The notes under the pieces are model-generated. The model saw only the letters and a program-made list of their open reading frames with translations. It had not been told where the DNA came from and did not search any database. From contig JAQGDQ010001327.1 of NCBI GenBank assembly GCA_030141605.1, forward strand, positions 1 through 47,130: a stretch of 47,130 bases of DNA, read 5' to 3'. Below, piece after piece: positions 36,084-47,130 of the stretch. The stretch is from Tubiluchus corallicola. Its lineage: Eukaryota > Animalia > Priapulida. The translations under genes were made by a program, and so were the position numbers. How positions within the stretch are numbered: position 1 is the first letter of the stretch; each line of letters starts with the position of its first letter.

Positions 36084-36247
36084 GTCACTTTACTGGGACA
36101 AGGTTCAGGTGCCACATCCGGGCTAATCCTGGCGTCCTCTCGTGCGGCGTCGGGACTGTTCCATCGAGCTTGGCTCAGTAGCCCCAGTGGAGCATTTAAT
36201 GTCCGTCCGAGACGCGAGATTGAACAGGAAAATGCTCAGATTTTGCA
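36084..36247 (+). CDS. Carboxylesterase-fold gene exon (nucleophile elbow GQGSG)
   Basis: CAG|VTLLGQGSGATS...LFHRAWLSSPS...|GTGAGT; ends in phase 2. Confidence 0.93.
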
Positions 36248-36509
36248 GTGAGTACAGAAATTTTGTTTATTCTTAACTTCTAAAATTTGTACATTTTTGA
36301 ATAAGAAAAATTAGCTAACATATCTAAGAATTATGGATACTGCTAAAGTGCACTAATTTTTAATACGACCCTAAAAATCAATTTGAGAAAGTTTTAAATC
36401 ATTTGTTTTAAGATTAACTCATTGGTTAGATTAAATTTTACATTCACTGGTAGTTTCTATGAAGATTTTTTATCTTGCACGTAAAAAAATCTGCATTTCC
36501 TCAACGTAG

Positions 36510-36649
36510 ATCTTTGGACTGTGAGGATGCCGCTTGTCTCCGACGTGTTAGTGCGGAAAATATATCCATGGCTTTCGTGCCCTATTTACCAAATTATGCT
36601 GTGCTGCCACCTGTGAATGAGAAGCAGAACTCATTAGCTATTATTGATG
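36510..36649 (+). CDS. Carboxylesterase-fold gene exon
   Basis: TAG|.SLDCEDAACLRRVS...AIID|GTAAGC; phases 2 to 1 fit both neighbouring exons. Confidence 0.88.
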
Positions 36650-37772
36650 GTAAGCTTTTGTTTGAGTCTGGTCGGGCAAAGGTTTGAAAATTTCACTGAA
36701 TTCATGTGTTAACAATTCACTGGTTATGGCGACCACTGGCACCATAAAAAACAATAGATACTACATCTGCATAGACTATCTATCTATTACTGATTGATCG
36801 CTGGTGTATTTATCTTCTCGGACTAAAGTTTGTGAGAAGCCCCTTTTTTTAGCAATTTTTAACACCCCTCACTCTTCACCAAATAGTCATTAAGAGGGCT
36901 TTACAATTTAAATTGAGATCTTTAGTTTCATGCGTGACTTGCCAAGAATGACAAACTCTCTGGGGCTGTCACCCACAGAAATTCATTTATGTGTACTTAC
37001 AAACCAAAACCGTCCATAAGTCGGTGTAGTTAAAACTACGTTATTATGCTTCAAAGTAGAATGTACCAAAAATTTGGTCAAATGTCGATTTTTTGTTTTT
37101 TTAAAAACAAATGCTAAATATATTAGTCTTTTATATTCTAACATCAAATTTGTAAACAAAATGTTTAAAAAATACTAAAAATCTAATATCATTAACCCTG
37201 TACCCAGTTTTTGTGCTAGAAACTAGCACTGCAATAGCAAAAAACTTGCATTTTCAAGCTCCGATAGTAGCTTGTGGAAGCATTCATTTTGCTTCAGGTT
37301 TTTTCTGTTGCCAAGCCCAAGCCCAGGTCATTGTCAGGAAGAGCCACCTACTGCATTTAAGCATAACTTCAATATGCACTTGCAAAGACCGTAGCAACCA
37401 ACATTTGTGCAGTTGTACAAACGTGACAAAGAAGATTAGCTAACTTTAAGAGCAATTTTCTCAAGGTTACGTTTTTCAGTGTGCAACATGTGCCTTAACT
37501 TCTATGTGGATTATCTCAGCTTAGATACAACATAGAGCAATGAGCTTGATATCAAAATTATCCTCATGAAATGGAGGTTCAGGATATATGAATAACTAAT
37601 AAAGCTTAATTGCCGATTTATGGACGATTTTGCTATTCAAACACACATATGTATTCATATAGTACTTATATACATAATTACGCATATCTGCAGAGTTAAT
37701 ATAATGGCATATGGTTCCGCAATTATCAGAAGAACCGTAACTAACACTGACTTGTTTCGCTATTAAAATTAG

Positions 37773-37844
37773 GTCACTTGTTGTCCAAAGAGCCAAAGAA
37801 AATGTGGCAGCAGGGATTCAAGAATGATGTTCCTATTGTACTAG
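37773..37844 (+). CDS. Carboxylesterase-fold gene exon (72 bp)
   Basis: TAG|GHLLSKEPKKMWQQGFKNDVPIVLG|GTAAGC; continues the DG..P....G....VP..G family motif, phase 1 to 1. Confidence 0.88.
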   Translation, partial: VTCCPKSQRKCGSRDSRMMFLLY

Positions 37845-38224
37845 GTAAGCCGATAACTCATGACAGCTCTATAAAGCAACTTTCGTGTGAAAGTCATGTT
37901 TGAAGTTGTTGTTCACTCACTTTGTTATGATTGAGTTTAGGCACAGAAGTATGAACAAGAATAAAAATCTATAATACATATTTGCACTGCACACAACAGA
38001 AAAGTGTTTATTAAACTACAGACACATGAGTAGCATGACTGCTGCACTGAACACTGAGAGTGAGAGAGTCCTGCACTGAACACTGAGAGTGAGAGTGACT
38101 AGAAAGCAAAAACAGTAAGTATATATAGGTATAGGTGACCTAAATTTATCATACACAAATTTTAAGAAAATAAAACGCAGGAAATATTATATTATTATGT
38201 CAAGTTTAAGTATGTGTCATAATT

Positions 38225-40576
38225 TTAACGTCGCAGGTCTTTTGCTAAAAACGTGTCGATGACTTTGTTTTCCGACACACACTCATCGTACACATCTCGC
38301 TCAATGTGAATGACTGCCAAATGATTTAACCGTTCCTCCCTCATTGTTCGACGGAGCCACGAATGCAGCCTTCGCAAAACACTGAAACACGGTTCACATG
38401 AGCAGCTAGTGACTGGAATAGTGACTCCAATCTGAAGGAAACACCGTTCACATGAGCAGCTAGTGACTGGAATAGTGACTCCAATCTGAAGGAAACGCCG
38501 TTCACATGAGCAGCTAGTGACTGGAATAGTGACTCCAATCTGAAGAACACGTTTTAGAATGGGAAACAAATCACCGTCGAGCACCTTCCAAAGGGATAAT
38601 ATTGTTGGTTCCTCGACTCGACCAAGTACTCTTTTGGCCATCACAGTCTCTGTTTTTAGCATGTCAGTCTGAATATTGTAGTGTTCAGCAAAACTTGTCA
38701 GATCCTCAATACTCAAGAAATTTTCAGATGTTGGGTGAAGTGCTGATACTCCACGGAGAATTTCAGGATCAAGTGAACAAAATCGCGCCTCGATTTCTGC
38801 TACGATTCTATCGACACATGGCAGCATGATGTTTCGATGAAGGTATACATTATCACCCAAGACGCTATTTGCAAATCCAATGTTTGCAGTGACAAAAAAA
38901 TCGTGTAAGCCACTCCTCGGTTTATTCTGCCGTTTGCGATCAGTGGTTAGTTCGACATCAAGGTCACTGACAAAAGCTTCGACATTGGCCACCAGTTCGT
39001 TTGATTTGTCAACGTCACGCAATGATCTCAACTCCTCGCACACGTCATTTTTGTACGTTTCAGCCTGAAGTAAATCGATGTCCGTTTTTTGGAGGAATTT
39101 GTGCAACACTTCACATGTACCGAGTAGCATCTCAAAAAGAAACAAACAGTACACAAACTTTTTTCGGGTCAGTTTTTGTAGCAACCCAACTGCAACGGGC
39201 TCATCAATTCCTTCCAAACATTGAACTACCGCCTTGTAGTTCTTCTTCATTGCTTTGCATGCTCTGATTTGACACGCCCACCTTGTTTCTGATATCTGTG
39301 TTAATTCGCCGACGCCTGACAATCCCAGTTCTCTTTTAACTTCTTCCAACATTCCGTGGCAGACTAGTGACTTTTTGAAGAATGTGTATACATTTTCCAT
39401 TGTACTGAAGAAGTCTTTGACCTCCGGAACACATTCGCACGTGTGTCTAATGACCAAGTTGAGTTGATGTCCGTAACAGTGGACATACACCGCAGCCTCA
39501 TTAGTTTCTCTGAATTTGGCTTGAACGCCGCCGTCAGTGCCACTCATCACACTAGCGCCATCGTAACTCTGTGCCACACACGTAGCCACGTCAATCTTCA
39601 GTTTATCAAGGCACTTCATGATATGCTGCGTGATTGAATTGGCATCAAACGCTTCTAACCTGTCAAAACCTACGAAATGTTCCTCTACATTACCATTGTC
39701 AACATTGAGAAATCTCACACACAGTGCTAGCAATTCTCTCCTTCCATCTCTTGCTTCATCTGCCATGATTGCATAACACCCCGACTTCTTCACTCTTTGA
39801 ACCACTTCTGACAGAATTTCATGAGACATAATATCTAAGACCTCGTTTTGAATTTTCCCACTCGTATACGTGGCATTCTTTGGTGGAGTATAAGTTTGCA
39901 GAAATGGATCAAACTTTTTCAGATATGCGAGCAGTTCAAGAAAATTTCCTTTGGCCGAGCTGACTTCTGTTTCCATGTGACCACGCAGGGGAAGACACTG
40001 TTTTGCGCACAGTTCTACAGTAGCTATAATTCTGCGTACGTACTGTCTTTTTTCCTCATCCTGTTTTGCGTACGCAAGTTCCATCCGTTTTTGAATGTCA
40101 CCTGTTTTGCTACTGCTTTTGAAGACGGCCCACATTGACATGCTGTCCTTGTGTGATTCCGTCTCTTCGTGCTTTTGCATATCATGCATTGCATCTTTCC
40201 ATTTTTTAAATCCGACTTCAGTCCAAGTAATCTGTCTTTGTTTACCAAAATGCCTGCATGCAAAACAAAATGCTGCGTCTGTCTGCTTCGAGTACTCCAG
40301 CCATGAGTGTTTCCCGAACCAACTATACTGAAAAGAACAAGCATTCTTTCCTTGGCCAGTTTTCGGATATTTCGTCATGTGTGGTTGCCGTGGTTTCTCA
40401 GACACAGGCCCCAAGTCATTTGCTCTTATGTTCTGAGTAGAAGACTCCGGTTGTTTCTCGTCTTCTGCATCTTTACATGCTGATTCCTTTTTACTTCCTC
40501 CTTGGATAAAAAAGTCTAAAGTTTTCTGCCGTTTTCTAGGTGGTACAACTTTGTCGTCTTCCCTATTCCCAGACAT
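38225..40576 (-). CDS. hAT transposase (ZnF-TTF / DUF4371 / hAT dimerisation; ZMYM1-like), ~783 aa from the ATG at 40576
   Basis: WLEYS..DAAFCFACRHF; LPLRGH..GNFLELL; YTSGKIQNE; MADEARD (D1); QSYDGASVMSG (D2); VHCYGHQLNL; ETRW; VTSCSCER.FS (E); LRRTM.EERLNHLA. Confidence 0.92.
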   Translation of the reverse strand: MSGNREDDKVVPPRKRQKTLDFFIQGGSKKESACKDAEDEKQPESSTQNIRANDLGPVSEKPRQPHMTKYPKTGQGKNACSFQYSWFGKHSWLEYSKQTDAAFCFACRHFGKQRQITWTEVGFKKWKDAMHDMQKHEETESHKDSMSMWAVFKSSSKTGDIQKRMELAYAKQDEEKRQYVRRIIATVELCAKQCLPLRGHMETEVSSAKGNFLELLAYLKKFDPFLQTYTPPKNATYTSGKIQNEVLDIMSHEILSEVVQRVKKSGCYAIMADEARDGRRELLALCVRFLNVDNGNVEEHFVGFDRLEAFDANSITQHIMKCLDKLKIDVATCVAQSYDGASVMSGTDGGVQAKFRETNEAAVYVHCYGHQLNLVIRHTCECVPEVKDFFSTMENVYTFFKKSLVCHGMLEEVKRELGLSGVGELTQISETRWACQIRACKAMKKNYKAVVQCLEGIDEPVAVGLLQKLTRKKFVYCLFLFEMLLGTCEVLHKFLQKTDIDLLQAETYKNDVCEELRSLRDVDKSNELVANVEAFVSDLDVELTTDRKRQNKPRSGLHDFFVTANIGFANSVLGDNVYLHRNIMLPCVDRIVAEIEARFCSLDPEILRGVSALHPTSENFLSIEDLTSFAEHYNIQTDMLKTETVMAKRVLGRVEEPTILSLWKVLDGDLFPILKRVLQIGVTIPVTSCSCERRFLQIGVTIPVTSCSCERCFLQIGVTIPVTSCSCEPCFSVLRRLHSWLRRTMREERLNHLAVIHIERDVYDECVSENKVIDTFLAKDLRR
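38384..38545 (-). repeat. 54-bp in-frame triplication inside the transposase
   Basis: LQIGVTIPVTSCSCE(RRF/RCF/PCF) occurs three times. Confidence 0.95.
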
Positions 40577-40811
40577 GATGTAACATGTAATCACGTGAAA
40601 ATTCCTGTTTGTCAACAAGATGAAACAACAGCTGAAATCGCAGCGAAAACTAGCAGAGATTCTACTAGCAGGAGAAAAATGATGAAATCTGCTGGAATGA
40701 TGAAAAAATGACAAACTCGTGGGAAAGAGTCACTAAGGAGCAGCAAAGAGTCGGTAATGTCCAATCAGGAGGTGGCTGAGCCGTGGCTCATCAATTTGTA
40801 TCTCCCAAACC

Positions 40812-40897
40812 GACTCTCTGGTACTAGGCTAGCTGGACAAACTGACTCTCTGGTACTAGGCAAGCTGGACAAACTGACTCTCTGGTACTAGGGTAGC
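40812..40897. repeat. ~31-bp subterminal direct repeats (x3) upstream of the transposase
   Basis: GACTCTCTGGTACTAGG..AGCT(GGACAAACT) is repeated. Confidence 0.85.
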
Positions 40898-41705
40898 TCA
40901 ACATGACTTCAATGTTTGCATTGTTTTCGCTCTATTATTTCACTTGTTCACTATTATAACACACTGCTGAATGAAGCTCGAGTGCTAACTGAGCCGTTTT
41001 GTTAACTAACAATCTTTTGTGCAAAGACGCTAATGCTACTAAACTAGCTGCTTTGTTAACTGTTCCTGCCTGCCTCCTGAATAGATTACATGCAAACAAA
41101 TTAACTACATCCTGACTTTCAGGTAAACACATCTGGTCAGGCACGTATTAACAGTCAGAATAATTTAACTCGGTGACAAACTTTAATGATAAAAAATATT
41201 ACTGGGCTACTGCAAAAAAATTGTTTGTCCAATTTGGCAGGGGGGGGCGCAAATTTTGACAGGGGGGGCGCCCCCCTTCGCCCCCCCCCCTAGTTCCGCC
41301 CCTGGTGACCTATGCAGACTTGCACAGGGTTCACAACAACCATTACTTTAAAATAGGGAGAGAACCAGTGAATATGCATTCACTGGACCATACAATTATA
41401 CTGGGGTAAGTCAGCTGGTAGAATGTAACAGGAGTAGCCCATAGATGGCAGCACCTAATTATAATGTACAATTCCAACTTCCACATTTCGCACTAGAATT
41501 GCCACTCTATCTTTTGCTTTGCCAGTCTAACTTTTGCTTCGTTTTCCTTGATAAGGTAATCTGTCAGCTTTAAAAGGAAAAAGTTTTTAATGTTTTACTG
41601 TGCTAGTTTCTGGGGTGTACACAATTACAACATCCACATTTTGAAACGATCAGTTGTTTAGAATTTTTTGAGGGCTAAAATCGTAGCAAATTTTTTCCGT
41701 GAAAG

Positions 41706-41893
41706 GTGCCTCCTCGGCGGATATCGCCCTTCCCCTGCCGCTGAACGAGAACCTCACGCGGGAGTTGACGAAATACTTCTCGCAGTTTGATGACGAAGTC
41801 ATGGAAGGAGTTTTGAAATTTTACACGAAAAAGAGGCCTCCCGAACGAGGTCAAATAGAAAATGCATCGAAGAAGAACGCAAGTACATCATCG
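41706..41893 (+). CDS. Carboxylesterase-fold gene exon
   Basis: AAG|GASSADIALP...NASTSS|GTGAGT. It is a GC-richer open frame whose phase (1 to 0) fits the flanking exons; motif support is weak. Confidence 0.72.
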
Positions 41894-42532
41894 GTGAGTG
41901 CATTGTAAAAAGATGTTGACTATTGCTAGTAAACGACTGTTGCTCATTAGTGTTCGCATGCAAACATACTCTGGCTGTCCCAATAAGTATTGGCTGTATA
42001 CCAATTGTTCTTACCCACCTGCCTCTTCTTAAAGCTTAAGAATACACTCTTCATAAATCAAGCTTAAAAATTGGTCTTGAAATTTTATATCACTTGCTGT
42101 CTTTTTGCCACAGAGTTTGTATTAGCAGTAACGCTGTATAAACTTGTAAATTTAAATTTTTGTCACCGTGATGACCGCTAGGCGCAGTCATTTTTAGTTT
42201 GAAACAAGTTTAGATAACATCGTGTAAAATAATCAGAGCATTCGTAGCACACTCTTTGCTAACTAAGAAAAAGTTTAAATCACTTTACATTGTCAGTAAC
42301 GTCAATAATGTGTTATTTGGCGAATCAGTGGTGCACACTGAGATGGTGTTGCAGTGCCATTTTGCCATTTGGTGCAAATATTTTAAATTATTAGGAATTT
42401 TCTTTTCTAATTAAATAATTCTTAAAAACATTTAAGTGTAATGCAAAGTAATATAATTTTGTGCGGGAAGGTTTTTGGAACTTGCTTTAAAATAGTTTTT
42501 TTCTAATTAAGTTTTTGTTTGTATATTTTCAG

Positions 42533-43027
42533 GGTGAGATCAACTGGGACTTGGATGCTGTATCGAAATTGTTGTCTGACATCAGAGTTACTTGCCCACT
42601 GGAGAATTTATTCAACATCATTCTCCAGGAATTCCACTCTCCGTCCGTTTACTATCTCTATGACTACCATCCCAGTTATTGGATGTCCGTTTACTATCTC
42701 CCTGACTACCATCCCAGTTTTTGGATAGGCACCAGGTCAGTGTCACGACGTGGACTCGACATGTTGGCCATTCTCCAAGAATTGGACAAGGATAAGCTCT
42801 CGCAAATGGACCGGAATTTTGCAAAAAGCATAAATGACGCCTTCACTGAATTCGCTAAAGGTGAAAACTTACCTGGGAGGTGGACCACTGGGGGGAAACA
42901 GAAGACTTACCTGAGAATTCGCTTCACGGAGAAGCCAGGCGACATGATGGCATTTGATAAGAAAATCTTGGACCGATGTAAATTTTGGCGCGACGTCAAG
43001 TTTGGCCGTTATGCTAAAATTGATTAG
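42533..43027 (+). CDS. Carboxylesterase-fold gene, terminal coding exon
   Basis: TTTTCAG|GEIN..SDIRVTCP..VYYL..RGLDMLAIL..FTEFAKG..W..RCKFW..stop. These match the CP, VY.Y, FAK.G.P and C.FW C-terminal motifs of the family. Confidence 0.88.
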   Translation, partial: GEINWDLDAVSKLLSDIRVTCPLENLFNIILQEFHSPSVYYLYDYHPSYWMSVYYLPDYHPSFWIGTRSVSRRGLDMLAILQELDKDKLSQMDRNFAKSINDAFTEFAKGENLPGRWTTGGKQKTYLRIRFTEKPGDMMAFDKKILDRCKFWRDVKFGRYAKID

Positions 43028-44289
43028 TTTGCCTGACACTCTGACGAGTTTTCATCATTGCCAGTATAAATCTTTGCTGCGTTTGTACAGCGTGTTTCCA
43101 TCCTGCCCTCTGATTGGCCAACGCGGTAAGGAAACAAAAACCGAATGTAAATTTTTTCTAATTTTACGAGAAAGAGCATAAATGTGACAATGTTGAGATT
43201 ACATTTTGTGTCATTCTTGTTTACAATGAGATTACTACTACATACCATGACGCATGTAAATTGACACAGGTTAGTAAGCGAATATATTGTTACACTGCAT
43301 ATTTCCTAAATTATCTGCATATGCCTCTGTTAGTGCTAGAAATGGTGTCGGTTCCGTCCATGTTGTGTTATTAATTAATGCATCGTAGTCTAGTTTTTTT
43401 AGTGTATAAGTCATCGTTTGACTGACAAGACCTCACGTCTGTAGTTTACATATCTGTAAAAATATAGTTAAATGTTGTTGCGCACTTTATTACCAAGTAC
43501 GTGGATTGTTCCGTGGTGGTAGCTCTATACGAAAAATTTTGTTTCTTTAGATTGTGCAAAAAATGGAACAACTGCCCACACAATTTAAATACGCTAACCC
43601 TAATATCTTTCACGTACTAATATCTCGTGTCTGGGGAATTGCAAACTTTGGGCAAAAAATCTTGACACACATTCATGCGTATATTGCAATATGTAACTAT
43701 CGATGGAATGTTCACAAGATTTGGATTGAATTAGTGCATAACATCGAGTGCTATGCTATGGAATGGTTGTTTATATTATCACTAGTATGCTGTGTAGGTT
43801 TATTGCTAATCTGTCGGGATTATAGATTATTTCTTAAAAAATTATATATGGTTTACGTACTACTGATTAGTGATAGTAAAGATCACTATTACTGACTTCT
43901 CATTGCACAACACTTTGGCTGTGGCTGTCTGGTATTGTTAAAATCGGACAAGTTAATTATATAGTAGTGCCATCGTAGTATTATGCTAAATATCTGTTAT
44001 TTTATCTCAAAACGAAAGTTTGCGACAACACGTCCAATAGCGAGGTTCAAATAACTAACTCAAACGTTGAAAATTTGGGTTAATGAGAAATCATACAAAC
44101 TACGTATAGCTTAAACTAAGTAACTGCGTTATATTTTTCGTGAGTAGAAAAAGTAGTTTTATTACAAGATGTGTTGCTGCTCACACTGATGGGTGAAGTA
44201 TCATCTAACAGTGTGAAAATGTTGTTTGAATTTCGAGGCACAAATTTGAATAGAAATGGCAATATCAGTTTTGCTATTAGTAGTATAAT

Positions 44290-44655
44290 CAGGGTCGGAT
44301 TATGACCTTTTTGGTACCTTGGGCTAATGAAATTATGGAGCCGCCATCACATGCAGCCACCCTCTAACACACCCGCCCCTTATTGAATATTTTTTATTCG
44401 TGATATATTTTAGCATGCCCTATTTATGGGTTGAAGTAAACTTATTGCAAATTCTTTAAATAAACTAGAATAGCTATCATTTGTTTGTCGGTAAAAATAT
44501 TCTTTCGCAAGTACCACTATTTTACCACTTACTGCAAAGTAAATTAGCATGTATTTTAACACAACCATAGTGGAAAAACAGATTTTTTATAACAAATGTT
44601 ATTAAACCCTGAAGGGCTCTAGGCTGCAGCCTATAATTATGATAATCCGGGCCTG
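44290..44655. mobile_element. hAT-type MITE
   Basis: TIR CAGGGTCGGATTAT / ATAATCCGGGCCTG (12/14 match); the TSD is degenerate. Confidence 0.7.
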
Positions 44656-44663
44656 GATATGAC

Positions 44664-45086
44664 TAGGGTTGCCAGATTAGAAAATTAAAAATACTCGACA
44701 TTCTTAAAATCTTTCTCTCTGTTACTAAATATATATGTATTTATACATGCCTACACACCCAGATAAATATATTATATAAAAGTAGAGAGGCAAGTTACAA
44801 ACAGAAAGACAGTTACAAACAGGCAGCAAACACGTCAATTTTGTGAAAACATCCAGCAACACTAGTCTCCTTGTTACGTTCGGGTTATTTTCATCAAGAG
44901 AATCTAAGTAAAGAAAGCATAATTACTTGTAAAGTTACAACCAAGAACCATGAGAAGGCAATAAAAATATATCTTTAATGCGAAATTTGAAAATGAACTA
45001 AATACGGGGACGTTTATCGTATTTATCAGAACAAAGTTATCAAATATGGAACATGCCTGGTACATCAGGGGCATCTGGCAACCCTA
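44664..45086. mobile_element. hAT-type MITE
   Basis: Perfect 14-bp TIR TAGGGTTGCCAGAT / ATCTGGCAACCCTA; 8-bp TSD GATATGAC / GGTATGAC. Confidence 0.88.
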
Positions 45087-45547
45087 GGTATGACCCGTAC
45101 GTAACATGGTGAGATCATCTCGTTTACGGCAACGTGGGTTTTTTTTGTTTTACATTTAATAATCTCAGGTTTTTAACACCAGATGTTGATCTCATGAACA
45201 ATGGCTAACTGTTGTAGAAGGACAGATTATTGAGTTAGAAAACTGTGATTTTTATGTAGAATTTTCCCATACTTTATTATCATCGTACATCATTACTACT
45301 ACACTCAAGAAACTATTTTAGAAGTTATTAAAATTTATATTACAAACCATATATTTCTACTTTTAGGACAGATAGTGGTAATTTCATTACAATGCATATT
45401 AGTAATGTGTATCACACAGTCTGTGTAGTACAGTGACATTAAGCTACAACCGTCTTGTAAGGGTTAATGGCATCCGATCTAGTAGAAAAAACTACCCGCA
45501 CTATCTTTGGGATCACGGCACGGACTTCGGCTGGATACACTCAATTA

Positions 45548-45653
45548 ATCGCCCGGGCCGCACTTTCATTAGGTTAACAAATCTCTTCACGGGCCGCAGA
45601 AATTCCCTCGGCGGACTGCAAGTGGCCCGCGGGCCGCAATTTGCACACCCCTG
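45548..45653. mobile_element. Terminal fragment of a hAT (Charlie-like) element
   Basis: GGGCCGCA motifs and the end GGCCCGCGGGCCGCAATTTGCACACCCCTG; the other end was not found. Confidence 0.6.
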
Positions 45654-46279
45654 CCTTAGGCTGTTCTCCTGTATGTTTTTAAAGATATTGAAGTTTTAAA
45701 ACAACAAGTCAAAAAAATGCCGGAAGTTTTTTCACTATTGCTGAAGTTTACAACAAGTGCTCTATGTACTTATCATTTTCAAGGCAAACTAGACAAAAGA
45801 CTTTCTTCCAACAGCTAATACAGTTTCTTACTTATTCAATGAGTATTTGATCCCAACACTCAACAACTTTTGCCTTGTTTCTCTTTATCAAATGGCTCTG
45901 TGCAGTCTTCCAACGCTTTCTCTTCAAGTTTTTTCCAGGCAACCTAGACCAGATGGTCAAGTCTTTATTGTTAACAAATCTTGATCAATGTTTAATTTCT
46001 TGTTGTGAAAACCATGATGTAAATTAATTTCATTTCTTTATTGTTTTGTTCCGTGTATTGGGTGTTTTATACGTCAACATGGCCGTTTTTCAATTGACGA
46101 TTAGCTGACATTGTTCCGGTATTTAAATTTTTCACATGCAAAAGTGTTTTGCTCATAACTTTAAAACTACTAAATGTATAAATTTGTAGCTTTCACAGCC
46201 AATAGTTAATGTATTGTAATATCACGCTTCTGATATTATTGTAGCCTGAACTTTGGCACATTTTTTTCTGTGCCATAAA

Positions 46280-46567
46280 CAGCGGCGGATTATGATTTTA
46301 TGGGCCTTAGGCTTGAGCTTGGAACGGGCCTTTTAAATGTTGCTACACTGCTGAGCTGACGTGTTTTTGTGGATCTCTCGTCATTTGTAAGTTTGTTTAA
46401 TTTTGTGAGTTTTTGCCCACCGATTGTGATAAAAATGATATCTTCTTGATCCTTGAGTTGTGGACTAGGACTATACAAACACGATTACAGCGATTATTTT
46501 GCCGGGCCCCTTTTGATCCCAGGCCTTAGGCTTCAGCCTATTCAGCCTATAGGGCTATCCGCTACAG
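46280..46567. mobile_element. hAT-type MITE
   Basis: Imperfect TIR CAGCGGCGGAT / ATCCGCTACAG; 8-bp TSD GCCATAAA / GCCATAAT. Confidence 0.75.
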
Positions 46568-47130
46568 GCCATAATAGGATACATTATACTGCATGTGAAT
46601 TGAAGAAACCAAATATTAAGTCTTTTTTAGCTTAAACATCATGCATCAATATTTGAGTCCTTTCCTATTTATTGAATCTTAATACTAAGAATGAAATTCA
46701 AGTTGAACATTAAGAACATGTTCTTCAAGAAATTTATCAACGAATTTTGGGCAAATGCTAATCAATGAAAATATAAATACTTCAAACAATCTGCATGTAT
46801 GTACATAATTTCCATGTGTAGTTTATTGTCATGAAGCTGCCTTCTAGTCTCAAATACAATAACATTTCTTATGACATCATCAGTTTTCTTGTCATTTAAA
46901 TAAGTTTAAAATAGTATCCATAGCAACCAAAAATTAAATAATAGTAAAATTGAGCAAAAATAAGTTAAACGGAATGTACGTGAAGTGCTACTACTGTTCA
47001 TATTTTCAGATAATGAAACTTGTGTAATACTGTTAAGTGAGAAAATACACCCATGTAAACTTATACGCAGTATTGAAATAGAAGCCTACGATGATAATTA
47101 TAGATAAGCGAATACATTTACGTACAATGA

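Larger units (their letters stand above)
38143..41304 (-). mobile_element. hAT DNA transposon with one recognisable terminus
   Basis: The 5' end on the minus strand reads CAGGGGCGGAACTAGGGGGGGG. GTGACCTA occurs at 41305-41312 and 38135-38142 (candidate 8-bp TSD), and a transposase ORF lies between them. Confidence 0.8.

Overview
AT-rich, repeat-dense eukaryotic genomic DNA, most likely from a protostome invertebrate (inferred from the divergent ionotropic receptors); nothing here looks prokaryotic. Left to right: (1) 1-7819, a head-to-tail array of at least six non-autonomous Helitron units, three of which extend through a GT-rich low-complexity tract to a second hairpin+CTAG-type end. (2) 9.1-20.3 kb, a minus-strand tandem cluster of four intronless ionotropic-receptor (IR) loci: two intact, one pseudogene with a fold-back deletion, and one in-frame mini-remnant. 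Two inverted TTAA/piggyBac-type MITEs bracket the intact pair, and a solo copy of the same Helitron lies inside microsatellites next to it. (3) 25.7-43.0 kb, seven phase-compatible exons of a plus-strand carboxylesterase-fold gene lacking the catalytic Ser and His (neurotactin-like). Its introns hold two minisatellites, a young Gmr1-type (PR-INT-RT-RH order) Ty3/Gypsy element that has lost its RT core, and a hAT transposon with one visible end and a triplicated catalytic-Glu motif. (4) 44-46.6 kb, several hAT MITEs. All calls were made by eye from sequence and motif recall; no searches were run.
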